This document shows positions 28,265 through 37,320 of a stretch of 64,000 bases of DNA, piece after piece (the stretch's first letter is position 1; the number at the start of each line of letters is the position of its first letter). The notes beneath the pieces are model-generated. The model was given only the letters and a program-made list of their open reading frames with translations. It did not search any database and was not told where the DNA came from. The stretch spans positions 1,806,884 to 1,870,883 of the forward strand of contig JBFWNU010000001.1 in the NCBI GenBank assembly GCA_050250895.1. Direction: 5' to 3'. Both the position numbers and the translations under genes were made by a program. The stretch comes from Vulcanimicrobiota bacterium (GTDB lineage Bacteria > Vulcanimicrobiota > Xenobia > Xenobiales > JADMJV01).

Positions 28265-28872
28265 GGCCATAGCTCACCTCCGTCGGTGTCGCGCAGTTCG
28301 ATGGCCTGACGCTCGAGTCCACTGCCTTTTTCGACCAGGGCTAGCACCAGGTCGACGCGAGTCTGGTCGAGCGGCTGGGTCAGCTGGATCAGGACGGAGA
28401 CTTTTTGCTCATCGAGCAAGACCCAGGCGTCTTCGACGCCCTCTACCCCGCGCACGGCCTGGACCAGTTCGCCCTCACTCACCAGTCGATCCCAAAGGGG
28501 TTTTTGGCTCTCGCTGAGCGGAGCCCAGCCTTGCTGTTGAGGTCGCGAGTCTTTGTCGAGGAGCCGGTGAACCGGAAGGTGCACCAGAGCGAGCTGAGCT
28601 CGGATCTGGGCTTGCTGGTCGGGAGCTACTCGCAGATTGCGAGTGGTCTCGTCGAAGACATAACGATAGCCGAGTTCGTCGAGTCTGGCCATTACCTGGT
28701 GGAGATCGGACTCGTTGAGTTGATAGGGGAACAGGTCGATGAAGTGTCGAGTGGAGTTGAGATGGATCGCTGCCGCGATCGCCAACGGGCATAGCAGAGC
28801 TATGGCCCATTTGGGCACGTAAAAGCGCAAAGCACTACTCCCTTTCTTGCCCCTTGAACCAATAGCCGCCAC
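28261..28872 (-). CDS. FliF/YscJ (ring-building motif) family protein, short form
   Basis: TM, then LDELGYRY..LRVAPDQQAQIRAQLA, EGELVQAVRGVEGVEDAWV, SVLIQL and GLERQAIELRDTDG. Confidence 0.7.
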   Translation of the reverse strand: MAAIGSRGKKGSSALRFYVPKWAIALLCPLAIAAAIHLNSTRHFIDLFPYQLNESDLHQVMARLDELGYRYVFDETTRNLRVAPDQQAQIRAQLALVHLPVHRLLDKDSRPQQQGWAPLSESQKPLWDRLVSEGELVQAVRGVEGVEDAWVLLDEQKVSVLIQLTQPLDQTRVDLVLALVEKGSGLERQAIELRDTDGGELWP

Positions 28873-29003
28873 AGCTGTCCAAAAGGCACGGTGAACCCTC
28901 GGGCCGGTCCCGTTGTCATGTTTCAGACCGGCACATGTTCAGGGTAGTTTCCGCGTATTACGTTTTTATTGTCGAGATGCTACAGAAATGTTACAAGCTT
29001 GGA

Positions 29004-29171
29004 CAGGGAGGGCTCGCTTTGCTCGCGAGAGGAGTTCTCGCTGCGCTCGAGGGATGTCGGTTGCTACCGCTCCCTCCGAGAAAAGACGTCTACGGCGTCA
29101 GCCGCGCTCCCTGTCGGCCGCAAGGCCGAGGTCTCAGCCAAGGCTGCTCCCTGTCGACGCGCAGCGTCGAC
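29004..29171. repeat. Modular palindromic intergenic element, copy B (units in both orientations)
   Basis: Shares long blocks with 25638-25778, 55707-55800 and 56591-56806; abuts the dacB stop. Confidence 0.85.
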
Positions 29172-30596
29172 CTACAAGGGGTCGGGCCAGGTGGCCAGGA
29201 TTTTGACCACATGGTCTTCGAGTTCGATGGCGTTCCAGGTGCCCTCGATGTGGTTGACCAGCACCGAGAAGGCGATGGTCTGGCCGTAGGAGCTGACCAC
29301 GTAGCCTGACAATCCCGAGTGCCCTTTGAGGGTGCCGGTCTTGGCCCGAACCACCATGCCGTTGAGGCGGTAGCGCAGGGTGCCTTCGCCGCCGGCTGGC
29401 AGGCTGTCGATGTACTCTTGCCCCAGGGGGTGTTCCCACATGGCGCAGAGCACGTCGACCAACTGGCGGGGGCTGATCCGGTCGAGTTCGGACAGGCCGC
29501 TGCCGTCGTACATCTTCAGTCCGCGGGAGTCCATGCCGCGCTGCTCCAAGAACTGCTTGACGGCGGCTTCGCCCGATTCGGCGGTGCCATAGCCGGTCAG
29601 TTGGCGTCCGGCTGCCTTGAAGATGTGTTGGGCGAAGAGGTTGTCGCTTTCGCGATTGGTCTGGCGCACCAGCTTGATCAGCGGAGGAGAGCGAAACTGA
29701 GCGAAAACCGTGAGGCCGCTGAGGGGGGGGCGTTCGCCCTCGGGAAGCAGCTTCAACTTGCCGCGCACATCGATGCCGCCTTTCTCCAACATCTTGAGGA
29801 AGGCTCCTCCGGTGAAGCGGGTGGGGTTATAGATGGTCAGGCTGCGCTGCACTCCGCCGCTGGCGTCGCCTTCGACGGTGATGCGGTCTTCGCCGCGCTT
29901 GCGGTCGACCCAGACCGAACCGCCCCCCGGCCGGAGTTTGCTGCTAAAGGAGAGCGACGTGGTGGAAGGGTCGGTGCTGATGCCTTTGTTGCTGATGTTG
30001 AGCTGGACCAGATTGGCATTGAGCGAGAGGGCTCCTACCGGGGCCGCGTAGCTATCGAGTAGATAACGATCGAACCAGCCGCGCCCGAGAAACTCGCGGT
30101 CAAAAGCCGAATCGTCGGCGATGACGTCGCCATTCACCGCCTTCACTCCCAGCTTCTTGAGTTCGCGCACGAAGAACGAGAACGGTTCGGTGCAGGGCTG
30201 ATTGTAGGGGTAGCAAAAGGTGGGGTCGCCCGAGCCTCGCAAGATCAGGTCGCCAGGGATGACTCCCTGACCGTCGGGTTTAGGGCCGATCACGCGGGTC
30301 TCGAACCGATAGTCTTCGCCCAGCAAATCAAGGGCGACGGCGGTGGTCACCAGTTTGAGGTTCGAGGCCGGAATCATCGGCTCGTTGCCGTTCTGGTTAT
30401 AGAGCACGCGCCCGGTCTTGACCACCTTGATGTAGATGCCGACGTCAGCCTCTTCCAGGCCAGGGCGTGAACGCACCGCCTGATAGAGCTTCTGTTTGAG
30501 CTCGGCGGCCGAAGTGGGCGGCTGTGCGCCGGCCGGAAAAACGAGCATGATGGCGAACAGAAGCATCAGAGGAAGACGTATGGGGAACCTGGTCAT
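29172..30596 (-). CDS. dacB: D-alanyl-D-alanine carboxypeptidase/endopeptidase (PBP4, peptidase S13)
   Basis: PASNLK (SxxK), SDN, KTGTL and DGSGLS; signal peptide. Confidence 0.95.
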   Translation of the reverse strand: MTRFPIRLPLMLLFAIMLVFPAGAQPPTSAAELKQKLYQAVRSRPGLEEADVGIYIKVVKTGRVLYNQNGNEPMIPASNLKLVTTAVALDLLGEDYRFETRVIGPKPDGQGVIPGDLILRGSGDPTFCYPYNQPCTEPFSFFVRELKKLGVKAVNGDVIADDSAFDREFLGRGWFDRYLLDSYAAPVGALSLNANLVQLNISNKGISTDPSTTSLSFSSKLRPGGGSVWVDRKRGEDRITVEGDASGGVQRSLTIYNPTRFTGGAFLKMLEKGGIDVRGKLKLLPEGERPPLSGLTVFAQFRSPPLIKLVRQTNRESDNLFAQHIFKAAGRQLTGYGTAESGEAAVKQFLEQRGMDSRGLKMYDGSGLSELDRISPRQLVDVLCAMWEHPLGQEYIDSLPAGGEGTLRYRLNGMVVRAKTGTLKGHSGLSGYVVSSYGQTIAFSVLVNHIEGTWNAIELEDHVVKILATWPDPL

Positions 30597-30640
30597 AATG
30601 AATATTATTCAACTCCGCGACCGTTGGACCCCTCCCTGGC

Positions 30641-31525
30641 GTGGAACGATTTAAGCGATACGCCTCATATTTTCCCCGGATGCTCCAGGAATACATCGAA
30701 GACGATGGTCCCTTTCTGGCCGCGGGTATCGCTTTCTATGCCTTTTTCTCGCTGTTCCCGCTGGTCATGGTGTCGGTGGCCGTGTTGGGCCACTTCTGGA
30801 AGGGCGAGCAGGCGCTGGACTACACCCTGGCCCTGTCGGCGAACTTCTTGCCGGCTGATATGGTCTCGTTTTTGGGCAGCAGCCTGGCCGATGTGCTCGA
30901 GGACCGGCATACGCTGGGAGTCACCGGTGTTTTGATGTTGTTGTGGTCGGGTCGTCAGCTCTTTCGCGCCATGGAGTTGAGCTTGCACCGGGCCTGGGAC
31001 ATTCCCAACGAGCGCTCCTTCCTGACGGGAAATCTGCTGGCCATGACCCTCGTGCTGCTGTGCGGTGCGGTGGTTTTCACGGTGGGTTGGGCTTCGGCCG
31101 TGCTCAACTGGATCCATGTCATGCTGTTGCGGCTGCCGATTCAGAATATCGCAGGCATTTCGCTCGATCAGGCTAGCTTTTGGGTGTGGGTCCACTCCTG
31201 GATCGTGGTGCCGCTGGCCACCACCTTGATCTTCCTGCTGCTTTATGTGATTTTACCCAGCCGCCAGGTGCCGGTGATGCACGCCGTGCCAGGCGCTTTC
31301 TTCTCGGCGGTGGCCTGGAAGATCTCTTGCTGGATCTATCTCGAATTCATCGTCACCCTGGGCTCGCGCAACGCTCTTTATGGTTCGGTCTGGACCATCG
31401 TCGGCCTGATGGTCTGGCTCTATATCGAGGCCAGCGTATTCTTGTTGGGCGCCGAGCTGGTCTTCGTCATTTTGCGCACTAAGGGTGGTCGCAAGTCTTC
31501 TGGAACTCGCCCATCAAAGTCGTAG
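30641..31525 (+). CDS. YihY/virulence factor BrkB family membrane protein
   Basis: AAGIAFYAFFSLFP and YGSV..LMVWLY..LLGAE. Confidence 0.9.
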   Translation: MERFKRYASYFPRMLQEYIEDDGPFLAAGIAFYAFFSLFPLVMVSVAVLGHFWKGEQALDYTLALSANFLPADMVSFLGSSLADVLEDRHTLGVTGVLMLLWSGRQLFRAMELSLHRAWDIPNERSFLTGNLLAMTLVLLCGAVVFTVGWASAVLNWIHVMLLRLPIQNIAGISLDQASFWVWVHSWIVVPLATTLIFLLLYVILPSRQVPVMHAVPGAFFSAVAWKISCWIYLEFIVTLGSRNALYGSVWTIVGLMVWLYIEASVFLLGAELVFVILRTKGGRKSSGTRPSKS

Positions 31526-32489
31526 CGTAGCTGCCGGCCGGCAAGCTGAATTCCAGAGTCAGGTCGCGGCCTTCGCACTGGTAGTGAAATTCGTCGAGCG
31601 GCAGGCGTTGGCGACGTCGGCTGCCGGGCGCCGAGACGCGGCGAAAGTCCTCCAGCTTGACCCCCTCCTGAGCCAGCAGTTCTTGCTCGAGGCGGTGGCT
31701 TTCGGCTGCGGCCGCGAACATCTTGTAGCCAAAGATCGGGCCGGCCGGAGAGACCTCGAAGCGGTCCAGCCGAGGTTGGTCGGCGGCCGGATCCGTTGAC
31801 ACGAACAACCCGCCCTGGGGCAGGTGGCCCAGCACGTCGCCCTCCAGCACCGTGGCGAATTGTCCGCGTTCGATCCTCTCGGCCAGAAGACGGTTGAAGA
31901 GGGCGGATTGATACGCGTTGACGAGCAATTCACGCTGGTTGCGTCGGGCCTTGCCGCGACCCAACACCAGCGACTTGCCTCGCTCGGCGTTATCGCCCTC
32001 CCGTCCGAAGCGTTGTTGTCCGTAGTAGTTGGCCCAGCCGGTTTGGGCCAGGCGGCTGGCGATGGCCTGAGTGCGACTGAGGGTGTCGGGATGGCAATCT
32101 CGAATCACCAGCCGAAAGCGATTGCCGCGCAGGTGGCCCCGGCGCAACTTGTTGGCGTGCAGGCCGAGAAAGTTGACCTCGAGCACTCCCTCGAGCTGGC
32201 CGAAACCGCTCTCGATGTCGGGCCAATCGGCCGGGCAGCTGATGCGCTGGGTGGTGACGGCATGGCGGTCTTTGCGACCCGCGTACCCGAACTCGCGCGC
32301 GTCAAGCCCTCGCTTGGCGGCCACCTGGCGTAAGAGCGCCTCGGTGGACCAATCTCGCTTGGTCACCTCGTAGTAGGCGTGATGACCCTCTCCGGCCGGC
32401 TCATAAGCAGGCAGTTCCCAGACTCGAAAATCCTCGGGCTGTGCCTTGAGATGACCCCCCACCCCGGGCAGGTCGGCTGTGATCCACAT
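31479..32489 (-). CDS. truD: tRNA pseudouridine(13) synthase
   Basis: PEDFRV, YAGRKDRHAVTTQ, GNRF, NYYGQQRFG and LPAGSYAT. Confidence 0.95.
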   Translation of the reverse strand: MWITADLPGVGGHLKAQPEDFRVWELPAYEPAGEGHHAYYEVTKRDWSTEALLRQVAAKRGLDAREFGYAGRKDRHAVTTQRISCPADWPDIESGFGQLEGVLEVNFLGLHANKLRRGHLRGNRFRLVIRDCHPDTLSRTQAIASRLAQTGWANYYGQQRFGREGDNAERGKSLVLGRGKARRNQRELLVNAYQSALFNRLLAERIERGQFATVLEGDVLGHLPQGGLFVSTDPAADQPRLDRFEVSPAGPIFGYKMFAAAAESHRLEQELLAQEGVKLEDFRRVSAPGSRRRQRLPLDEFHYQCEGRDLTLEFSLPAGSYATTLMGEFQKTCDHP

Positions 32490-32564
32490 GGGGGCAGTTT
32501 TATCACGGTTGCTTGACCCCCCTCTCTTGAGTTATAGTAAAGCACTTTTTCCCTGGAGGTTATC

Positions 32565-34181
32565 GTGGAGATTCGCCCCATCGACAGTGCTCAACTCAAG
32601 ACCCCGCGCCCGGCCCCGGCCGCCGCCCCCAGTCACGAGATAAGAGACACTTTCACTCAGGCGGTGCGAGTCAAGATCTTTCCCCAGGATCCCCTGGTGG
32701 GCAGTACCGAGAACTTCGAACTGCCCGCAGAAGTGATCGGCACCCGCCTCGAGTCGGAGCGAATCAAGACCGAAGATCGCTCTCCCATCGCCATCGCCGA
32801 TCCCGACGGCAACTACGACTATGAGGTGGGCACTCCCCAGTTCGACCAGGTCAATGCCCACTCCGTGGTGGCCAGCACCGTGTCGATGTATGACCGCTAT
32901 CTCGGCCGCCCGGCTCGCTGGGCCTTCAGCGGACCGCTTACGGTCAACCCTCACGCCGGCACCGGCAAGACCGCTTACTATAGCCGCTGGGACCGCTCGA
33001 TCAACTTCTTCGAGTGGCTCTCTGCCTCGCTCGGCAAACGGGTGACCACGGCTCAGTCGGCCGATGTGATCGCTCACGAGATAGGGCACGCGGTCTGGGA
33101 CGGTATCCGCCCGCGAGCCGGCTATTCCAACGAAGCCGGCGCCTTTCACGAGGCCTTCGGTGACTGTTCGGCTTTGTTGCAGGCTCTGCAGCATCCTACC
33201 AATCTGGTCAAAGCTCTCGAGCAAAACGGCGGCGACTTCAGCCGGCCCAGCCTGCTCAGTCGCATGGCAGAAGAGTTCGGCACGGCCTTCAACAAAGAAG
33301 ACCGCGACCCTAACAACGACAACAACATGTATTATCGCACGGCTCTCAACGAGTTTCGCTATATCGATCCTCGCGAACTGCCCGATGATGACTACCCGCC
33401 GACCGTGCCCGAAAACGTGCTCACCCGCGAATTCCACTCCTTCTCGCGGGTGTGGACCGGTACCTTCTATAACATGCTGGGCGCCCTTTATGAGGCCCGC
33501 GTCAAGAAGGGCGACCAGCCTCTTGAGGCGCTCACCGCTGCCCGCGACCAGCTGGGCAATCTGTGGGGCAAAAGCCTCGACGAACTGCCGCCCACCGGCA
33601 TCCGTTATCGCCTGGTTGGCGAGTCGATGCTAACCCAGGCCATGCGTGGGGGGGACCTGGACGTGTTTTCGGCGGTGGCCTCAGTGCTGGTCGACCGGCG
33701 CATCCTCACCCAGGCAGAGGTCGACGCCATCCGCTCGCGGACCCAACCCGAGCTCAAGTTGGCCGAGCCCGAGCAGGTGCTCGAGGCGGCCAGGGCTCAC
33801 TTTCCGCTGCCCCAGGGCATGCAGCTCGAGTCCGAGCCTTTGAAGACCGACGATGGTCGCACCATCATGCTGTTCACGGCTCCCGAACGGCACACCATCC
33901 CCTCGATGAATCTGGAAGGCGACCAGGTTGAAGTCGAGCTGCGCTCAGGCTTGATGCTGGCCTTCGATGCCGAAGGCAATTTGATGAACAGCAGCTTCAC
34001 GCCGGTCGACGCCCAAGCCGTCGCCGACGCTCGCACCTTCATCACCGATCTGGATCGGCGCGGCCGCCTGGCCGACAATATCTTCAAGAGCGAGGATCCG
34101 CTAGGTCGTCCCTATCTGGCGCGGGCTTTGCCCGACCGGCCGGGGGTGCGCCTCATCGAGCGAGTGCCAGTCTTCGATTAG
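32565..34181 (+). CDS. Zinc metallopeptidase (M4/M36-like)
   Basis: DVIAHEIGHAVWD plus third ligand in HEAFGD, and EFHSFS; GGAGG RBS. Confidence 0.8.
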   Translation: MEIRPIDSAQLKTPRPAPAAAPSHEIRDTFTQAVRVKIFPQDPLVGSTENFELPAEVIGTRLESERIKTEDRSPIAIADPDGNYDYEVGTPQFDQVNAHSVVASTVSMYDRYLGRPARWAFSGPLTVNPHAGTGKTAYYSRWDRSINFFEWLSASLGKRVTTAQSADVIAHEIGHAVWDGIRPRAGYSNEAGAFHEAFGDCSALLQALQHPTNLVKALEQNGGDFSRPSLLSRMAEEFGTAFNKEDRDPNNDNNMYYRTALNEFRYIDPRELPDDDYPPTVPENVLTREFHSFSRVWTGTFYNMLGALYEARVKKGDQPLEALTAARDQLGNLWGKSLDELPPTGIRYRLVGESMLTQAMRGGDLDVFSAVASVLVDRRILTQAEVDAIRSRTQPELKLAEPEQVLEAARAHFPLPQGMQLESEPLKTDDGRTIMLFTAPERHTIPSMNLEGDQVEVELRSGLMLAFDAEGNLMNSSFTPVDAQAVADARTFITDLDRRGRLADNIFKSEDPLGRPYLARALPDRPGVRLIERVPVFD

Positions 34182-34223
34182 GCTCCAGAGGATTTCGCCC
34201 ACAGCCTAAGAAAACCAGGCCTG

Positions 34224-37200
34224 ATGGCGCTCTACAAGGCAGAACTCCTGAGCCAACTGATCAGGGTTCCTCGTGCCAGGCCGCGGCCAAATCGCAGCTA
34301 CACCCCGCCCCACCGGGTGGCCGACGAGTTGCTCGAGAGCGTGCTGGCCCATCAGAGCGTATTGCTCTGCGGGGTTCCGGGCTCAGGTAAGTCGACGACC
34401 GTCGACCTTTTGAGCGATCGTCTCAAAACGCTGACGCCCCTCTGGCTGGTGGTCCGTTGGCGGCCCGGCCAGAGTGCCGATCAGGTCCTCGAGCAGGTCG
34501 TCGAGGCGGGCGGTTTCACGGCTTTGTCGGGCTGGGGCGAACTGGTCACTAGATTGCGTTGCAGCCCGGTCCTGGCCGGTCTGCTGCTGGTGGTCGAAGA
34601 GTTCTCGCAGACGGGGCTCGAGCCGGTCAGCCAGTTGGCCGCTCAGCTCGAAGAGGTGGGCGCCCCCATCTCGCTGCTGGCCACCATGGCCTGCGCCCTG
34701 GGCAGTCTCGAGGCGGGCCAGGAAGCCGAGCTGCGCCAGACGTTCCGCCGACTCAAGCCGATCTCCCTGCCGGGACCGCCCGGGGCCTTCGAGAGCCTGC
34801 TGACCGACGGTTACTTCGAGCGGCGCGAGTGGGACCATTGGTCTACTCTCGAAGCGGATGCCGATCTGGCTTATCAGTTGGCCTGCCTGACGCGTCTCAA
34901 GGTATATGATTCCGACGAGCTCGCTCGCATCGTGGTGGAGAACGGCTATCCGCTGCATCCCACCGTAACCTTCTTGCTGCCCCGGTTGGCCGAACGACTC
35001 AACGCCGATCCATTCGAGCCGTTCACCAATGAACGACGTGGAGGCTTCGGCTATTTTCTCAACAACTTTCGGGTGGGGCAGCCCTCGGGGCGTTTGTCTC
35101 TCTATCTTCTGGATCAGCTCTACGGTCATTTTGAAGCGCGTCTGCCGACCCGGGTGCTGGCTTGCGTCGAGGCGGTCGAGAGGAGCGCCCGGGACCTGCC
35201 CCTGGCCTCGCGGTTGGCTCGCACCCTGGCCCTGCTTCAACTGGTGAACCACGATCGTCTAATGGCCAGTAGCGGCATCGTCTTGTGGGCTTTGCACCTC
35301 AATCGCAAAGAGACGGCCTCGGCCCAGGCCACTCTTGACGCCCTGGTGGAGCGGGGTCTGATCGGCCAGGTCGAACAGCGACTGGAACTGGATTTCGAGC
35401 CTCCTGGTCAGAGTCTGAGTGCCTGTGTGAGAGAGCTGCGCCGGCGGCTGCCCGAGCGGGTCGATTCGTTTGCGCTGCTGCAAGAGGCGGCGCCTCCCCG
35501 ACGCATCTTCTTGAGCGCCCACAACCAGCGCCACCATACCGACCGCTACGTCGATGTCGTTTACGCGCGTCCTGAAGAACTCGAACGACATGACGGGATC
35601 GAGGCCCGGCTGTCGCGCTATCAGCTCGGACGCCGGCCCTACGCCGGCGATTTCCTGCTGGTCTATCTCATTGCCCAGCGGCGAGAAGAACTCGAGCGGA
35701 TCGACCAGCTCTACGACCAGGGACGCTTTCGGCAGGATCGCCTCATTCTGGCCCTGCCCATGCGAAGCTATAACTTCGCCGCCGAGTCCAATCGGCTGGC
35801 CGCTTTGGAGAGGTTGCTCGAGGGGCACCCGCCCTACAGTGACCCGACCACCCGGGCCCATCAGCAGGCGCTCGAGGCCCACGGGGCTGCCCGGGCCAAG
35901 CTCGACGAGAGCCTGAGGCTCTATCTCTCGCCCGAGTATCTTGAGTTTCGTCATCAGAACGAGGTCAAGCGTCTGCTCGACGGAGGCACCTTCCTCGACT
36001 ATCTCCACGAGCTGCTCGAGCAGCAGATCGGCCAGCCCCCGGTGGTTCCCCACCCTCAGTTCGCTAGCCTGATCGACTCGATCCGCAACCAGACCCGGCG
36101 GCGCAAAGCTCTCGATTATCTGTTGGCGACGCGCGGGCCGCTCCTGCTCTATAAGAACGGGAGGCCCTTTCATCTGGCTCTGCACCGGGGCTTGATCGAG
36201 ACCGGCCTGGTCGAGGCCTGTGCTCAAGGCGCCACCCGCTCGAGCTATCTTCCGGCTGGCATGCCCACCAGCCGCCTGGGTCGCCTGTTTCGCGACCTGC
36301 GCTCGCGATTTCTCGAGCAACCGCGCCTGGAGCTATCCTTCGCCAGCCTGGTCGACGAGTTGTTGCGCCCGCCCCACAGTCTGGCCCCGGCCACTATCGA
36401 ACTGGTGGTGGCGGCGTTGCTGTGGAGCTTCGAGGGGCGCCTGCAGCTGTGGGGCAACCGGCCCAATCTCTTCACCGATAGCGCGATGCTGGCGGCGGCG
36501 GTGGCCGCCCCCACCGGGCACCGGTTGGTCTATGAGCGTTGGAGCCCGTCGCTCGAAACCTTCCTCACCGGGCTCACCGAGCAACTCGGCCTGCCGGTCG
36601 AGGCCTCGGAACAGCGCCTGGTTCGTGAGTTGCTCAGCTGGTATCGCGGTCTCTCCGAGGCGGCCGTAGCCATCGGCCGCGACAAGACCAATGAAGCCGA
36701 GTGGCTGGTGGACCTGTTGGAGCATCCCGTCGAGGACCCGGCCGAGTTCCTCTCCCAGGCCCTCCCCCGGGCCCTGGGTTTGCCGCTCGAAGACCCCGAG
36801 ACCCTGCTGGTCTATCTGGCCGAGACGCAACGCACCCTGGAAGACGCGGTCGAGCGCACCCGCCGTGAACTCAACAGCAAGCTGCGCGAGCTTTTCGCCT
36901 CGACCGGCGCCGACCTGGAGCACCCCTGGCCGGCCCTGGTGGCCCGCTGGTGCGCTCGCCTGCCGCGCGAGTCGGCCGACTCACCGATGGCCGATCTGGG
37001 TCACCTGTTGGCCACCTATTCGGCTACCACCACCGACGAGGACGAGACCCTCGAGGATCTTCTCTATGAGCTCGACTACGGTCCGGTGGACCGCTGGCGA
37101 CAAAACTACACCGACGAGGTGTTGGCCCGTGTTCGCGAGGTCAAATCGGTGCTAGAGCACGCACCGTTTCACGGCCTCTATCCGATCGAAGACGGCCAGC

Positions 37201-37292
37201 AGCGTCAGGCCGCTCGACGGCTGATCGCCTGGCTGGCCCGGCAGTCTGGCCTGGGTCCTGAAGCGTTCAAAGAACGTTCGCTTTCGCTTTAG
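34224..37292 (+). CDS. Large P-loop ATPase-like protein (BrxC-like/YPLHP family, divergent)
   Basis: Walker A GVPGSGKST, Walker B-like LLVVEEF, GYPLHP and a long helical C-terminus. Confidence 0.65.
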   Translation: MALYKAELLSQLIRVPRARPRPNRSYTPPHRVADELLESVLAHQSVLLCGVPGSGKSTTVDLLSDRLKTLTPLWLVVRWRPGQSADQVLEQVVEAGGFTALSGWGELVTRLRCSPVLAGLLLVVEEFSQTGLEPVSQLAAQLEEVGAPISLLATMACALGSLEAGQEAELRQTFRRLKPISLPGPPGAFESLLTDGYFERREWDHWSTLEADADLAYQLACLTRLKVYDSDELARIVVENGYPLHPTVTFLLPRLAERLNADPFEPFTNERRGGFGYFLNNFRVGQPSGRLSLYLLDQLYGHFEARLPTRVLACVEAVERSARDLPLASRLARTLALLQLVNHDRLMASSGIVLWALHLNRKETASAQATLDALVERGLIGQVEQRLELDFEPPGQSLSACVRELRRRLPERVDSFALLQEAAPPRRIFLSAHNQRHHTDRYVDVVYARPEELERHDGIEARLSRYQLGRRPYAGDFLLVYLIAQRREELERIDQLYDQGRFRQDRLILALPMRSYNFAAESNRLAALERLLEGHPPYSDPTTRAHQQALEAHGAARAKLDESLRLYLSPEYLEFRHQNEVKRLLDGGTFLDYLHELLEQQIGQPPVVPHPQFASLIDSIRNQTRRRKALDYLLATRGPLLLYKNGRPFHLALHRGLIETGLVEACAQGATRSSYLPAGMPTSRLGRLFRDLRSRFLEQPRLELSFASLVDELLRPPHSLAPATIELVVAALLWSFEGRLQLWGNRPNLFTDSAMLAAAVAAPTGHRLVYERWSPSLETFLTGLTEQLGLPVEASEQRLVRELLSWYRGLSEAAVAIGRDKTNEAEWLVDLLEHPVEDPAEFLSQALPRALGLPLEDPETLLVYLAETQRTLEDAVERTRRELNSKLRELFASTGADLEHPWPALVARWCARLPRESADSPMADLGHLLATYSATTTDEDETLEDLLYELDYGPVDRWRQNYTDEVLARVREVKSVLEHAPFHGLYPIEDGQQRQAARRLIAWLARQSGLGPEAFKERSLSL

Positions 37293-37320
37293 CCGGGCTC
37301 GATCTGGGTAGAGTGGAGGG

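Noticed and set aside
31479-31525. Convergent 3' overlaps (yihY/truD; also hydrolase/thiN and DUF819/GNAT)
   Set aside because: Short tail-to-tail overlaps are common in compact high-GC genomes.
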